Below the pieces are notes generated by a model. It worked only from the letters and a program-made list of their open reading frames with translations. It had not been told where the DNA came from and did no database searches. 64,000 nt of DNA from Patella caerulea (taxonomy: Eukaryota). This document shows, piece after piece, positions 45,991 through 58,608 of this stretch. The DNA lies in assembly GCA_036850965.1 (NCBI GenBank), contig JAZGQO010000009.1, positions 289,610-353,609 on the forward strand. The letters run 5' to 3'. Position 1 is the stretch's first letter. Every line of letters begins with the position of its first letter. The translations under genes were made by a program, and so were the position numbers.

Positions 45991-47689
45991 CTATATATTG
46001 AAGACGTGATACTCCTAGCCATAGGGTGTGTGTGATAGACCCGCTTTCGAATCTGGCAATCAGTAACTATATCTAGATCTCTTTCAACATGTTTTGTGTA
46101 GATATTGGTAGATAGAGATTAGGGATATACATTATTATATTCACTTGTAGCATTAGCGTTTGGATCCTTAATTTGAACCGAAAGGAAATAAAAGATACCC
46201 GGGCAGTTGGAATTCGATGAGGAGTAGGGGAAGCGCAGATAAAATGAGCATGTTGGAAAAGTGAGCACCCCCCTGTTTAGAACGTCCAATGAAATATTTT
46301 ATTAAATTTTGTCCGTGACAGTGATCTACTTCCTATTTCTGATTGCCGGACAAAATATCGTGAAAACGCGTTTGGATCCTAAATTCGAGCCGAAAGAAAA
46401 CAAAAGATCCCTTGGCAGTTGGAACTCGATAAGAAGTACGCAGAAACGCCGCTGTTCGGGAAAAATGATTCCCCGCGACATATTCTTTAAATGTCTGTGT
46501 CCGTTAAGCCGGTTGCACAAAACAGCAAGAAGTTACCCGTATTTCACTCGGCCCCATTGTTACCAATGCACTGTAAAAGACAGGATACTTTTGGCTATAA
46601 AATAACCCTTGTCCGTCTTCATTAACCCGGAAATAGGAAGTTAAACCCCAATTCATTTCATTCTTAAGAGCTCGCTGTAAAAGACAGGCCAATCTTTGGT
46701 AGTTTATGTTGTTCCAATTTATCACCAATAATAGAATAAGTTTTACCAATCGCCTTTTCAAGTATATTATGATTCATACATATAATAGAACGGAATATCA
46801 TGGTCATGATAATATCACTTCATTGAAATAACAGAGAATTTATACAGGTATTAGTCATTATTAATATTCTCAACCTGCCAATTACGTGTAAATAATGATA
46901 ATTGGGTGGGAAAATAGCATAATATATATTAAAATAACTGCGATTACATTATGATATGAACATACTAAAATATATATAATTCATAATAAATAAGATTAAA
47001 TCGGACAGTAACTGAAGCAGTTTTAATAAACAACTGTTTATTATTAATTGTATTTTAATAAATAACAGTAAGGTATATTAGTATATTTTTACGATGTTTA
47101 CGTGACGGTCCCATAACTTCGCTAAAATTAATACATTAATTAATACAATTACGACGACCGCGTACAATGTAGTCCTCGGTTTCTAGAACTATATGCTGGA
47201 ATGCGTCCATTGCTGTTTGTGTGGATTTGGATCTCTTCGTTGAAAAACAGGACAGCAAGACTATATCATGCGGCGTATGGCTATAATAATATTTCTTTGG
47301 GACGGTAAAATATTCGAAATGCCAGAGCATTGGCGAAGTGGTTATGTATAAACTTTATTTATCCGGTACTCTTGCTATTACAGCTTTATTGGTTTTACTT
47401 AGGAAACTATACTCAGTGCAAGTCAATCTGGATAAAACCGGATCCACTGAAAAGTTTTACCATGCACCTTATGGCTTATGGTCCATGATTTTACTCAAAA
47501 CATTTATATATCATCTGCCGAAAATCTTTGTAAATAAAGGTATCAAACATTCACAATACTGTAAGAAATTCGAAATCCCCCTATATGTTCAGTGAATTTA
47601 AAACAAATGAAAAAGGTACAATCCTTATTTGTAAATCTAGAAGACATTGTGACAACCTCAGAAATTAGTGTGACAATAGTAGCTCTTTT

Positions 47690-47950
47690 ATTGTTCGGGG
47701 GGGGGGGGGGGGGGGGGGTGAATGGCCGATTCGCGATGCACCATCGTTTGCCATTGAGTAAACTGGTGTGGTTTCGATTTCACATGGCAAGGAATCCATT
47801 TCGCGGGTGTTCCCCGAGTCCTCCGCCCCCCCCCCCCCTACACGCAAGCGAATTATTGAAATAAAATTGGACCATATGATAGTCCCGAGAAATGACCTAG
47901 TTTGTTTCGAGTTGACGTTAAGCCCCATTTCACTCTCTCTTTCTTTCTTT
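47690..47950 (+). mobile_element. SINE family A variant copy with a 21-nt poly(G) 5' end and a C-run, followed by duplicated flank (47950-48070 is similar to 40520-40640)
   Basis: (g)21 tgaatggccgattcgcgatgcacc...ggtttcgatttcacatggcaagg...(c)13 ctacacgcaagcgaattattgaaataaaattggaccatatgatagtcccgagaaatgacctagtttgtttcgagttgacgttaagccccatttcactctc. Confidence 0.75.
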
Positions 47951-48699
47951 AGTCGACTGCCGTAAACACAGATTCCATGTCAATTAAATCCATGTTATAT
48001 AACAGTTTCTCCCAGGGAAAAAAAATGACATTAGAAGACACGCATAAGATGTTATATCTCTCAAATTCAACGAGTAAATTGGCTTTCTTGAACAGCTTGT
48101 CAATTGCTCATCAGAGTAGAAAGTGATTGCTTTTCAACAGACTGTCAGAGCTCCACAGACTTAATGATAAAATCGTTTGCTGTTTATAAACGCCAAGAAT
48201 TTCTATTTGCACTAGTTTTGCATTCGGTTTTATTCCAGAAATGGTCCATAGCAACAGAAATGTTAGATGTTTGTCGCCATAGATTTTTTGAACATCAAAT
48301 GACTAATAAAACCGATTAGATTTTCTCAAGAGGATCCAAATTCTTCTCGACTTTAATAGGTTTTCGTTGTCGATTGAGGTTTTTATATTTGCCTTCATTC
48401 TATTCATGTTTTGGAATAATACGTCTTTTGTGCATCCTGGGTAAACCATTAAACTTAATAAACGTACTTAGTTCATAAAGGTAATGGAGAGGTTGATAGG
48501 GTGTTTTGGAGACAGCCATGTTGGAGGTTTTTTTTCCAGTGCAACCATGATGCAATTAATGGTTATAAGCGTATATAAATCCAACAAGGGAACTCGCAGT
48601 GAATGATAAATCAAATATATAATTCATTAATTTCCTTAAATCTATCGCAGGGTTACCTTCCACACATTGATTCTAAATAGTACATATATCTACAACAGA

Positions 48700-49065
48700 T
48701 TAAAGGAGCTAGGTCTCTAACTCAATATCATCAAAAATCTTCAACATTGAAAACACGAATTATTTTGGCAATTTCAATCAACATTAATGCTGTGATCTTA
48801 CCGGGAAAAGATGGGCTTCTGATATCCAATATTTAAGACAAAATAACCATTTTCTCATTCGTGTACCATAATGCGTTTCAACCCCAGTTCTAGCAAGAGA
48901 CTCGAGAAACGAGGCTAGAAACATTGCACCCAGTCAAACGGCGTATGTAGACTGGAATAACCAGACACTAGAAATTTGCATCCGATTGAAATTGCTGGCT
49001 TATTTCGCCGAACAAAACTGATTTGAAATTAGAGTAAAAACGGACACCATTGAATGTAACAATAG
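48700..49065. repeat. Dispersed 360-bp repeat, copy 2 (see 6880-7240)
   Basis: Near-identical to 6880-7240. Confidence 0.8.
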
Positions 49066-49504
49066 ACAATGGTAACTATAACCAGTTAAAACCACAGTGT
49101 TACCATGTTAATATGTATAAATACACTAAACTGTCCATCGTTATAAAATGACATTATTTATTAATAGCCCCAAAACGGACGAAATGTACTTTAAAATGTT
49201 ATTAACCAGTGTTGGAATCAGTTTGTGTCGGCATACTTAAATCTCCTCGTCGTTTACCGCAAATATTTCTGGATATACAACTAGAATGTCATTTATTAAT
49301 AATTAATAATATATTATTTTATAGTATTTAAATTAACGATGTGTCATTTCCTTTCTTCGCTTGCACGGAAAAACATCAAGTACGACTTAAGTAGGCCCTA
49401 TAATTAATATATTATTATTCGCAGACACTAAAAACATGACAGTTGGAATGCGATTAAGAATAGAGGAATACGCCCTAGCCCGGGCAACCGTCTTTGTCAT
49501 AGCA

Positions 49505-49765
49505 TACTGGGGGCCATGGTGGCTAAGTGGGCAAGACGCTGGTTCGTTAGCCTGGAGGTCGGGCGTTCAGTCAATGCATTAGCCGAGAAAATTAATCCAG
49601 ATTTTCCGGCGTGGTTTCCCCTTATCAGTGATGAGGGACGGGGGGGGGGGGGGGTCTGACAAGGACAGCTGTCTAGTCGTTCGGATGGGGTGAAGAACCG
49701 AGGTACCGTGTACACATTGGCGTGCGCGTAAAATATCCCTTGAAAGTTGGAAATGGATATAAGAG
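49505..49765 (+). mobile_element. SINE family B copy (5' two-thirds) with an internal G-run
   Basis: ggggccatggtggctaagtgggcaagacgctggttcgttagcctggaggtcgggcgttcagtc...gtgatgagggacg(g)14 tctgacaaggacagctgtctagtcgttcggatgggg.... Confidence 0.8.
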
Positions 49766-50829
49766 TGTACCAGTTAGTGCAGACAAGAGACCAGTTGGGC
49801 GTTAAATTTGATTTCGAGATAGGCCCTACTATAAACTATATTACGAATCGGTGAAGTAAGAATGGTCATGTTTTGTTTAATTAGGTTTATACCAATTTGA
49901 TCGCCTCCGTCACCAGTGACCAAATAGCCAAATGAGATTAAATCCACAATCAGATTAGAGAGAGGACATGACACACAAGAGACGAAACTAGGTCAGTGAT
50001 TAAACGGTAGATCCATCACTCCCAGAATAATTGGTGTGAGCAAGAAACAGAACTTAAAATATGTGAATTAATTCGCAACCGAGGAAGTCTTCTTTCGTAG
50101 CGGACCAGTACAGGTTCAAGTTTGGTATGAAATAATATGCCATGGCTTAATTAGGCCATTTCGTGTCGACGATTGGAATGGCCAATCCGGAGAAGTATGG
50201 TATAACTGCTCAGGCAGAGTCGTTTATGGGCACAGATCACTAATTATTTCCCCATTGACTTTAATGTAAATTCTCGTCTCTTAGACAGGTTGCAATTTTC
50301 CCAAATATTCGTTGAGTAGAACGCTTTCTGCCACAGACGGAGCAACACGAGGCAAACTCTGGCCCAAAAGCATGTATGAGGTTCACCATGAAAAACTTGA
50401 GATACACAAGCTGAAAGTAGAAAAGAGACAGCTAAACATGCAATTTTCGGCCCCTCTTTCAACGTAACCAACCCCACAACTTATGTATCCTTTCGTCTCA
50501 AAATCATGAATATTCATCAAAACCTGGCAGAAAATGTATTTTCAAACCCTTTTCTTCGATTCTACACCAAAAACTCAACAAAAATCGCCATGCAAAAAGG
50601 GGGAAAAGGGAAAGGGAGAGAAAGACTAAAAATAACTTTCGGCTTACATAATGACGGTCCAGGAATATTTGGGGTTCTGTATCCTAATGGATTTTTTATG
50701 AATGCATAGCGTACCTTTTCATGGACAATCGGTTAGGTAAAATAGGTTAATATGAGCTAACTGGTTATTGTGACCGAAACATCGAAGGTCGAAATAACAT
50801 GAAATGGGGTTTAACGTCGTACTTTTCTA

Positions 50830-51660
50830 CACCTACGATTCTATTATAATTGTAAACATGATTCTGTTATAAATGTATACATGATTTTATTGTAAATGTA
50901 AACACGATTCTATTATAAATGTAAACAAGATTCAGATATAATTGTAAGCATGATTCTGTCATAAATGTAAACATGATTCTATTATAATAATTCTATTATG
51001 TAAAAATGATTCAGTTATAAGTGTAAACATGATTCTATTATAAACTAGCGCGGATCCAGGGGGGGGGGGCGCACCCGGCGCACGCCCCCTCTATTTCTTT
51101 TTTTATTTTTTTTTTGAGGTGGCGAACAATTTTGAGCTCCATATATTCTCGCGAGAAAGTAGAACAATAATAGTTTAGGTTGGAAATAGTAATTTACAGT
51201 ACTGGTATGAAATTAGTCCTTGTGGACATTTTTTCCACTCAAAAATCATGATTCCAGGCTTCGCACTCCCTAGTGGGTGCAGCACGCCCCCTCTTTCGGA
51301 AAATCCTGGATCCGCCCCTGATAAATGGTAACATGATTATATTTTAAATGTTAACATGAACATGGCTCTATTTTTATAATCATCATAATTGTTAACACGG
51401 TACTGTTATTATAAATATCACGAATCTGTTTTAATATCATAAATGTTAATATGGTTCTATGGTTCTATTTAATATTAACATCTATTAATATTATTATTAA
51501 TTGTAAACATGATTCTATATTAATAGCGCAATTATTGTTAACAAGATTCTATTATAATTATCATAAATATCAACATAGCTCTATTATAAATCATTCTAGC
51601 ATAAATCATTCTGTAACGGATGTTAACATGATTCTATTATAGTTATACTAAATTGAGTCG
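50830..51660. repeat. Roughly 23-bp satellite (aatgtaaacatgattctattata)n, interrupted by a MITE at 51052-51316
   Basis: Units lie on both sides of the MITE. Confidence 0.8.
51052..51316 (+). mobile_element. MITE of the CAGGGGCGGATCCAGG-TIR family (roughly 265 bp) inserted in the satellite
   Basis: 5' end is agcgcggatccagg(g)11cgcacccggcgcacgccccctc. 3' end is ..cacgccccctctttcggaaaatcctggatccgcccctg. The internal sequence repeats gcacgccccctct. Confidence 0.75.
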
Positions 51661-52379
51661 TATGTTATAATCTTCAATTTAGTGTCAGATGTACTGCGAC
51701 GTATAAGCCTCATGTTGCTCTATCCATCTATACCCAGTTCGTTCATCTGGAAATGTTCTTTCAAATCCAGACTTCTGCTCCTAACACAGAATATACATTT
51801 GGTAATTACCACTAGACACTGGAATTATCTTGAAACAAGCTCACTTTATATAACCGCGCAGACGACAATAATTCAATTTTTCGTCATATTAATACTTAAT
51901 TTAATAACGAATACCAAAGTCAGGCATATAATCAAGTTCCTTCGAACATAAAATAAGAATTTAAAGGCGCTGATCAATCTCCTTTTGTATTATTCGGACA
52001 ATATCTAACTGACCATAGCTTAAGCCACGCTACTCAAATGTTACAATTAATTCAGAAAACTAAATCGAAATATTAAAAAGATAGATAACCTCCTGACTTG
52101 TTTCTATTTGAACGATACTAGCGAAACTCATAGATGACGCTTGCTTGTGTTATGTATTTTCTATTTATCATATCTTTTTAAATAATGAAGAGAACTGAAC
52201 CATTTTGCACTGAGCGATTCATATTGTTGTTTTCAATAGATTGACAATCCCCAAAACTAAGTCAATATGTGTTTTTATTTGTTTATATCATTGTGTATTA
52301 AAGTCTGCAGAATTGACGACAGATGAAGCATTTTGTTGAACTCAGTACAACATTAAATGGAAAGGCTTTACTGGAATGT

Positions 52380-52800
52380 ATGCAGTGTGCTATGAGGGAA
52401 ATTCGAATTCAGGCAAAACTGATATTTTGCGTGCACATCAATGTGCACACTGGACCTCGGTTTTTGTATCATCCGAAGAAATAGACACTTTGCACTAAAT
52501 TTAATGGAGTGTACTGGCCTACTGTTCTGCACCAACTCTGCTAATGAAGATGGGCATATGCCATAGTAGTGTGCTATGGAGGGAATTTCGAATTCCAACT
52601 GCAAAGGGTCTTTTTTCGTGAACGCCAGTGTGTACACTGGACCTCGGTTTTCAAGCTGCCAAGTGTTCTTTTTTCGTGCAATGTGTACACTGGACTTCGG
52701 TTTTCGGCCCCATCCGATCAACTAGACACTCTTCATTGCCAGAACCACCGTCCTGAATTGATGAGAAAGGGAAACCACGCTCCCACCGTCCCGAATTAAT
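52380..52800 (-). mobile_element. Degenerate SINE family B copy (reverse) with an internal duplication
   Basis: ..gggtcttttttcgtgaacgccagtgtgtacactggacctcggtttt.. occurs twice, and ..gagaaagggaaaccac.c... occurs twice. Confidence 0.55.
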
Positions 52801-53739
52801 GAGAAAGGGAAACCACACTGGAAAACTTTCTCCACCAACGCCCTGATATCCTGTCTAGTAAACCGATGCCTTACCCAATGCGCCATTGAACTGTATGATT
52901 ATATTATTACGAGCGTATTAAATATCATTATACTGTACAGACAACACTATGATGGATTCGTCAGTGATCTCATGTTATGGAGTTTGGATTTCTAACACAT
53001 CCTGGGGAATATTAATGGAATATTATTATCTTTGTGGGTAACAGAGAGAGACATATTACACAATCTCTAGACACTAACTATGCCAATATAATACTATATC
53101 TTTCTTTCATTTATATGCTTGATCGCAGGGGTATTTAGCAGTGTAAGAAAACTGGAGAACACCCACGAGGTTAACCAGGCGATGCTATTCCTGATCATGT
53201 ACATGTCTGGGGTCGAAACCAAGACAGTGATTAAACTTATAATCTATACCACACGCATTGGACCACCCGTCCTATCTCTACGGACTGTAGGTTATGACGT
53301 ACCCATTAACTTGGCCACAGTCATGTCATTATCATACATTTATATCATTTCTCACTGTAGCTCATTGAGTAAGGCCCTGACTCAGTGTTGTCGTTCGGGT
53401 AGGATGGAAGGGACATATAAACGTCGCAGTTTTCGCGTGAACGAAAACTTGACTGTTGGCCGAAGCTGTCCCGGTAAAATGTCTCCGACATTCCTTTATG
53501 TTCTAGAGATTGAACTTTCCCAATTATATTGCAGTTTGTGAATATGCGTCAAAATGAGGACCAGCGACTTTAAGTGTTGATCAAACTTTCGATTTAAAAA
53601 ATTGTTTCTTAAAGATTAGAGAAAATAATATGGGCATTGAAATTGGAAAGATGGCCGAGATATTGACCGCAGGTTTGTACGTGACAAGGAGTGGGGTTAT
53701 TTGCCCGACCTTGTGGATTTTCAGGTCCTCCAATTATAT

Positions 53740-54054
53740 CGCACTGCCAGAGACCGAGCCGTATTTAAATCTGATTAAAACAGAGATCCTACTTCGTTTC
53801 GTTTTTTATAGTTTACTACACTAGGATCTCGAAAAGTTGTTATGAAGCCCGCGTTCTGGGTGATGTGAGGGATTAGCCGTTTGAAAAGGTTTGTTACAGC
53901 ACATTTTGGGTAACAGATTATAAAACACAAACGCTGATCGGTCTATCAAATGTTTGACGTCGTAAGGTTAAAAGTCGCTCAGACCTTCATTTAGTAGAGG
54001 CCAGTTTAAAAAAAATCGTAACAAAATATATAAAAGATCTGTAGTTTAGACACC

Positions 54055-54060
<6 letters not shown>
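53740..54060 (+). repeat. Repeat family F copy (second copy at 60175-60545), both preceded by SINE fragments
   Basis: Shared blocks: aatctgattaaaaca.a.atcctatttg...tttactatactaggatct.gaa.agttg...atcaatgtttgacgtc.t.ggt.aaaag.cgc. Confidence 0.55.

Positions 54061-54100
<40 letters not shown>
54055..54100. repeat. (CT)n microsatellite
   Basis: ctctctctctctctctctctctctctctctctctctct. Confidence 0.95.
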
Positions 54101-54569
54101 CTGACAGAAGGAATAGTGAAAGAAACTTAATTGCTAGAAAAACCAAGTTTATGAGACAACATTATTTGATTCTCTGTGATCCATCAGCCGCTTCTTAAAT
54201 AAGTTGAAAAAGGTTATCAGTACACAATTTAGAAACAAACTATAAACCTATTACCGCTATGGTTCCGTTAAACCAATTTCATTGTCGTCTAGAGATTCAA
54301 TCAAGAAGTGAAGACATACGTAAAAACCTTATTCTGTGAGGAGGCGACAAAAACATAAAACACAGAAATGATTTTAAACCATCTACATGGCCGTGAAATC
54401 AATAATGTCTGAAGAAAAATCAAACTTAAACGACCGTTTTATTTTCACTTAGAAAACGATTTTAGTTGTCTGCGCGTTGAAACAGGAGGACCATCGGATA
54501 ATGTTGTGCTGGAATTGATTCAGTTACCTATAAGTACTGATCTACACTAGACAGGGTGTGCTTACTTTT

Positions 54570-54845
54570 TAGGACGGGGGTTACATGGCCGAATGGTCTG
54601 ACGCAGCGCTTTAGATCATAGGGTAGGTTACTGAGTCAAGTGGTTTCGATCCAACACCTATACGTGACAATGAGTTGATTCACCTTTCTAACTTCCTGAT
54701 CTCCCAGTTTCCTGCCACTGCTAAAAGGTCATAATATTCTCAATCGAATTTTTGAAAGGAAATTGAAGTTTATGATAGTGCCGAAATCACTTGGTTTGTT
54801 TCGAGTGGACATTACCCCCCCCCCCCCTCTGAATACCTGACACTA
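54570..54845 (+). mobile_element. SINE (family C-like head variant gggggttacatggccgaatggtctgacgcagcgc; shares the common body and tail) ending in a poly(C) run
   Basis: ..tacgtgacaatgagttgattcacc..cccagtttcctgccactgctaaaaggtcataatattctcaatcgaatttttgaaaggaaattgaagtttatgatagtgccgaaatcacttggtttgtttcgagtggacattacc(c)n. Confidence 0.7.
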
Positions 54846-55682
54846 TTTCTCACGTGAGTAGTTCACATAGTCAGGTAGTGACAGGCCCCATGCAGAAACA
54901 GCATATGCTTACTTTCTAGAACAACCAATGCCACTTCTCGTCTGAGGAGTTGGCATAATAAATCCATCTGTGTGTATATTTGCATTTGAACCCCTCAACT
55001 GTTGGAATTTCGCCCCAAGATTATCTTTAACACAGTATTCGTTGTCCAAACTATTGATCTGGTTAGCTTTAAGTAGTGAAGGGCATCGTGTACGGAGCAG
55101 ATTATGCTTACTTTTCTATACCATGTGATGCCACTTATTTTTACGGCTCACCATTAACCTGGGATTAAAAGACGGAGACCGTTCTGGAAATACCCTAAAA
55201 TAACGAGAGTGGTTCATCAGACATCGGTTGACTAATGAACCCTAACCCTAACAGTAGATATTGTGGATTAATGAAACCGCGGACTAGTGAACAAGCGAAA
55301 ACTGAGCATTCTCCAAAATAACGGTGGTTCGGTAAGTATGGTCTTAACCCACCATCAAAGATGTTCCGGGATTGATCTTTATCATTAGCAACACTTTAAA
55401 GATTCCCCATAGTACACTAGGGCCTACATGGCGTATGTCCATTCCTGTTCGAACGAAAAACCTCCATCAGGTAGATTTAGCTTTTACAAAATGCATCTTT
55501 AAATTATAACAAGCAAGTATTTAAAAACTTTGAGAGAATCCCCTCTAATTGTTCTTACATACATGTAAGTGTGTGTTTTAGTTTATTGCTATATCGCGTT
55601 AATAATGCTGATAAAGGATTAGTAGTAGAACGTTAAACACATTTCATTTCATTTCTAAAGGATCAGTCCCTCTATATTTACA

Positions 55683-55825
55683 TACATGGGGGGGGGGGGG
55701 GCTAGTGGTCTAGAGTGCCGCGCTTTGACCTCTAGCTGGCCGGTCACCTCTGGCTTGCGGCTGTGGTTTCGATCCCTGGTGTGAACGTATGTGGCATGGA
55801 GATAGGGACGCCATCTCAACCCAGT

Positions 55826-55856
<31 letters not shown>

Positions 55857-55958
55857 ACTGCTAAAGACCCCTACGCGCAAGCGAAATATTGAAATACAAT
55901 TAGACCATATGTTAGTCCCGAAATGACCTAGTTTGTGTTGAGTTAAACCCCATTTCTC
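55683..55958 (+). mobile_element. SINE family A full-length copy with a poly(G) 5' end
   Basis: (g)14ctagtggtctagagtgccgcgctttgacctctagctggccggtcacc...gttaaaccccatttctctctcactc. Confidence 0.85.
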
Positions 55959-56242
55959 TCTCACTCTTTATATACATATATGATGAGTGCTTGTAGAAAA
56001 GAGAAAGTGAAATGACATTCGTGGTTCAACAGTTTCATATTTTATATTATGAGGGACATTTCGTCCAGACTATGGAGTTTCTGCTAGAAATGGTTCCACT
56101 ACTGTTGCTCCAGCCACAGTAGTCTGCTGTCCTAATGCCTTCCTTTGAGCAAGTTTTGTAATCATTTGACTCCCTTAATATCCAATCAATTACACTAACC
56201 CCAAACTGTACTGTACATAAACCAATTCCAATTGAAATAAAG

Positions 56243-56385
56243 GTGAAACCAGGCGCGGATCCAGAGGGGGGGGGGCATCACAAAGTGATCCTACATCAGT
56301 ATAAAAATTATTTCTCTGTTTAAGAGCTCAATTTGTATGTATGCCTATGTAATTTAGAGACGACGATGGCAGATTTCCGTAACAG
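56243..56385 (-). mobile_element. 5' half of a CAGGGGCGGATCCAGG-TIR MITE (reverse orientation), separated from its other half (58609-58656) by the LTR element insertion
   Basis: caggcgcggatccag(a)(g)10catcacaaagtgatcctacatcag...gatggcagatttccgtaacagaaacctg is the reverse complement of the 37806 element. The continuation aacctggcaaaccccctcctgcgaaaattcctggatccgcccctg resumes at 58609. Confidence 0.75.
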
Positions 56386-58608
56386 AAACCTGTAACAAAG
56401 TTGTCTGAACATTCATTTAGGTGCAAAGAACTGTATGACCTCTGTTAATTTTGATATTTATTATAGTGGACGTTTCTTTTACTCTCTAAACTTATTTAAG
56501 GCACGATCTTGTTAACTATATAATTTATTCCATATGTTATTTACAAGCTACATACGATATGTACAAACGCCATAGAACTTCCTTATTTGATGATCCCTCA
56601 TGTCCACCTTCCCTAAGTGTTGGAGGCTTTATATACAGTAGTATACTCACAGTTAGCAGAGAAGTGAAGACAGACAACCAGAGAGAGAGAGCAGACGGCA
56701 GAGACCGGCGTATGGACTCGCCGGAGTCCAGCCTCTGCAATGGCAGCGGTGTAGAATGGATGTTACAATGTAGTTAGATATGTTCCAGTATATATAGACT
56801 AGTTCCTGTAGTGTAGATGTAGGCCTATTTGTGTATTTGTTGATATTCTGTTCCCGATGTAAATAAACCATATATATACGAAGCTGACTCTCTAATAACT
56901 AAAATACTGTTACAGTGATTAGATTTGGTGTCATCGACCAACGAGACCCTTGGGTGTGTTCCCGTCAACCAGAAGAAAATCCCGCGTGGCAGACAAATGA
57001 AGTTTCACCGCTAGCCGCCCGTTGCGTTTGTGAAAAAAAAGAAGTTTAAATAAAAATCCAGGACTGAAACGTTTATCTGTGAAACCGTGGGTGGCAGGCG
57101 CGGTTTCGTTGATATAAAAAATTCTTAATTCACGGATGGAAATGGAGCAAATCCCCAAACACGGGGAAATGACGAACAAAAAGCCACGAAAGACGTTCCG
57201 ATTAATGGCGACGGAACAGCGAGAAAAATGTGTGTGATTGTTGTTTTACGGTGAGTCATTTTGTTTTTAAAAGAATGTAAATTGTCCTTGTTTGTTTTTG
57301 AACACATATTTTGGCTATTAAAGTGAATAGTAATAAAGTATTAAGACGTTTGTAGTAAGAATAAAATATTTTGTGATTGTTTGACTGGAATTGAGTTAAG
57401 TTCCTAATTAGGAAATTCTTGAATAGACGGTTGAATAGATTTTTCATCGTCCATCGCCATATTTGCGGTGAAGATATTAACTCACAAACATTCACATAAT
57501 ATTCACGGTTTTATCTCCTGTTAATTTTTTTGTGTGTTTCTATATACCCCGACGTAACGGGAGAGTTTTTTCAAGAGTTTTTACCTCGTAAATTCGGGAG
57601 ATTTGTGTATTCCTATTAGGAGGAATCGGTTTTGTATACCCTCAAGGAAGAAGGGTCGCGCTTAGGTTAGAAGCGTATGTGGTGTTTTGTTTTGTTTAAG
57701 GAATAGAGAGATAAACCGTTGTTAATTTTGATAAGTTCTTTAAAAATATCTTATTTAAGATTGGTAAAATGTGTTCAAATCATTCATTCACCATTTATCT
57801 CAAGTAAAAAACAAAATGACAAAATCCTATATTAATTTTTTTCTATATATGTATATTCTATATTATAAAACGTTTGCTATTTTTTTATTAACATTATATT
57901 TCAAGTATATGAATTCCCTTTTTATTATGTTTACGATCGACGTTTATATTGTGTTTATTATTTTTATGTCGTGTGTGTCGTTCTTATTTCGCGTGTGATC
58001 AATTTATGGAGATGAACCCAGTGTCCCCACCTGTGTGAATTGTGTTTGTGATTTACTTTTGTAAATCACCTGTGGGTGAGAAAGGAAATGTAACAAAGTT
58101 GTCTGAACATTCATTTAGGTGCAAAGAACTGTATGACCTCTGTTAATTTTGATATTTATTATAGTGGACGCTTCTTTTACTCTCTAAACTTATTTAAGGC
58201 ACGATCTTGTTAACTATATAATTTATTCCATATGTTATTTACAAGCTACATACGATATGTACAAACGCCATAGAACTTCCTTATTTGATGATCCCTCATG
58301 TCCACCTTCCCTAAGTGTTGGAGGCTTTATATACAGTAGTATACTCACAGTTAGCAGAGAAGTGAAGACAGACAACCAGAGAGAGAGAGCAGACGGCAGA
58401 GACCGGCGTATGGACTCGCCGGAGTCCAGCCTCTGCAATGGCAGCGGTGTAGAATGGATGTTACAATGTAGTTAGATATGTTCCAGTATATATAGACTAG
58501 TTCCTGTAGTGTAGATGTAGGCCTATTTGTGTATTTGTTGATATTCTGTTCCCGATGTAAATAAACCATATATATACGAAGCTGACTCTGTAATAACTAA
58601 AATACTGT
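56386..58608 (+). mobile_element. Non-autonomous LTR retrotransposon (TRIM/LARD-like, roughly 2.22 kb) with identical 525-bp LTRs (56386-56910 and 58084-58608), inserted inside a MITE
   Basis: The LTRs are identical over roughly 525 bp and start TGTAACA.. and end ..TGTTACA. A purine-rich PPT (gggtgagaaaggaaa) sits immediately 5' of the 3' LTR. A TGG-starting PBS-like sequence (tggtgtcatcgacca) sits 13 bp after the 5' LTR. The flanks share aacc, suggesting a 4-5-bp TSD. The 1.17-kb internal region has no long ORF. Confidence 0.75.

Noticed and set aside
53119-53541. 140-aa ORF on the plus strand
   Set aside because: Its start is inside a reversed SINE fragment (53110-53235). The remainder has no recognisable domain or splice context. 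Confidence is too low to call a CDS.
55228-55245. Telomere-like ccctaaccctaac (two and a half TTAGGG units)
   Set aside because: It is too short to be a telomeric or interstitial telomeric array. It is likely chance or a relic.
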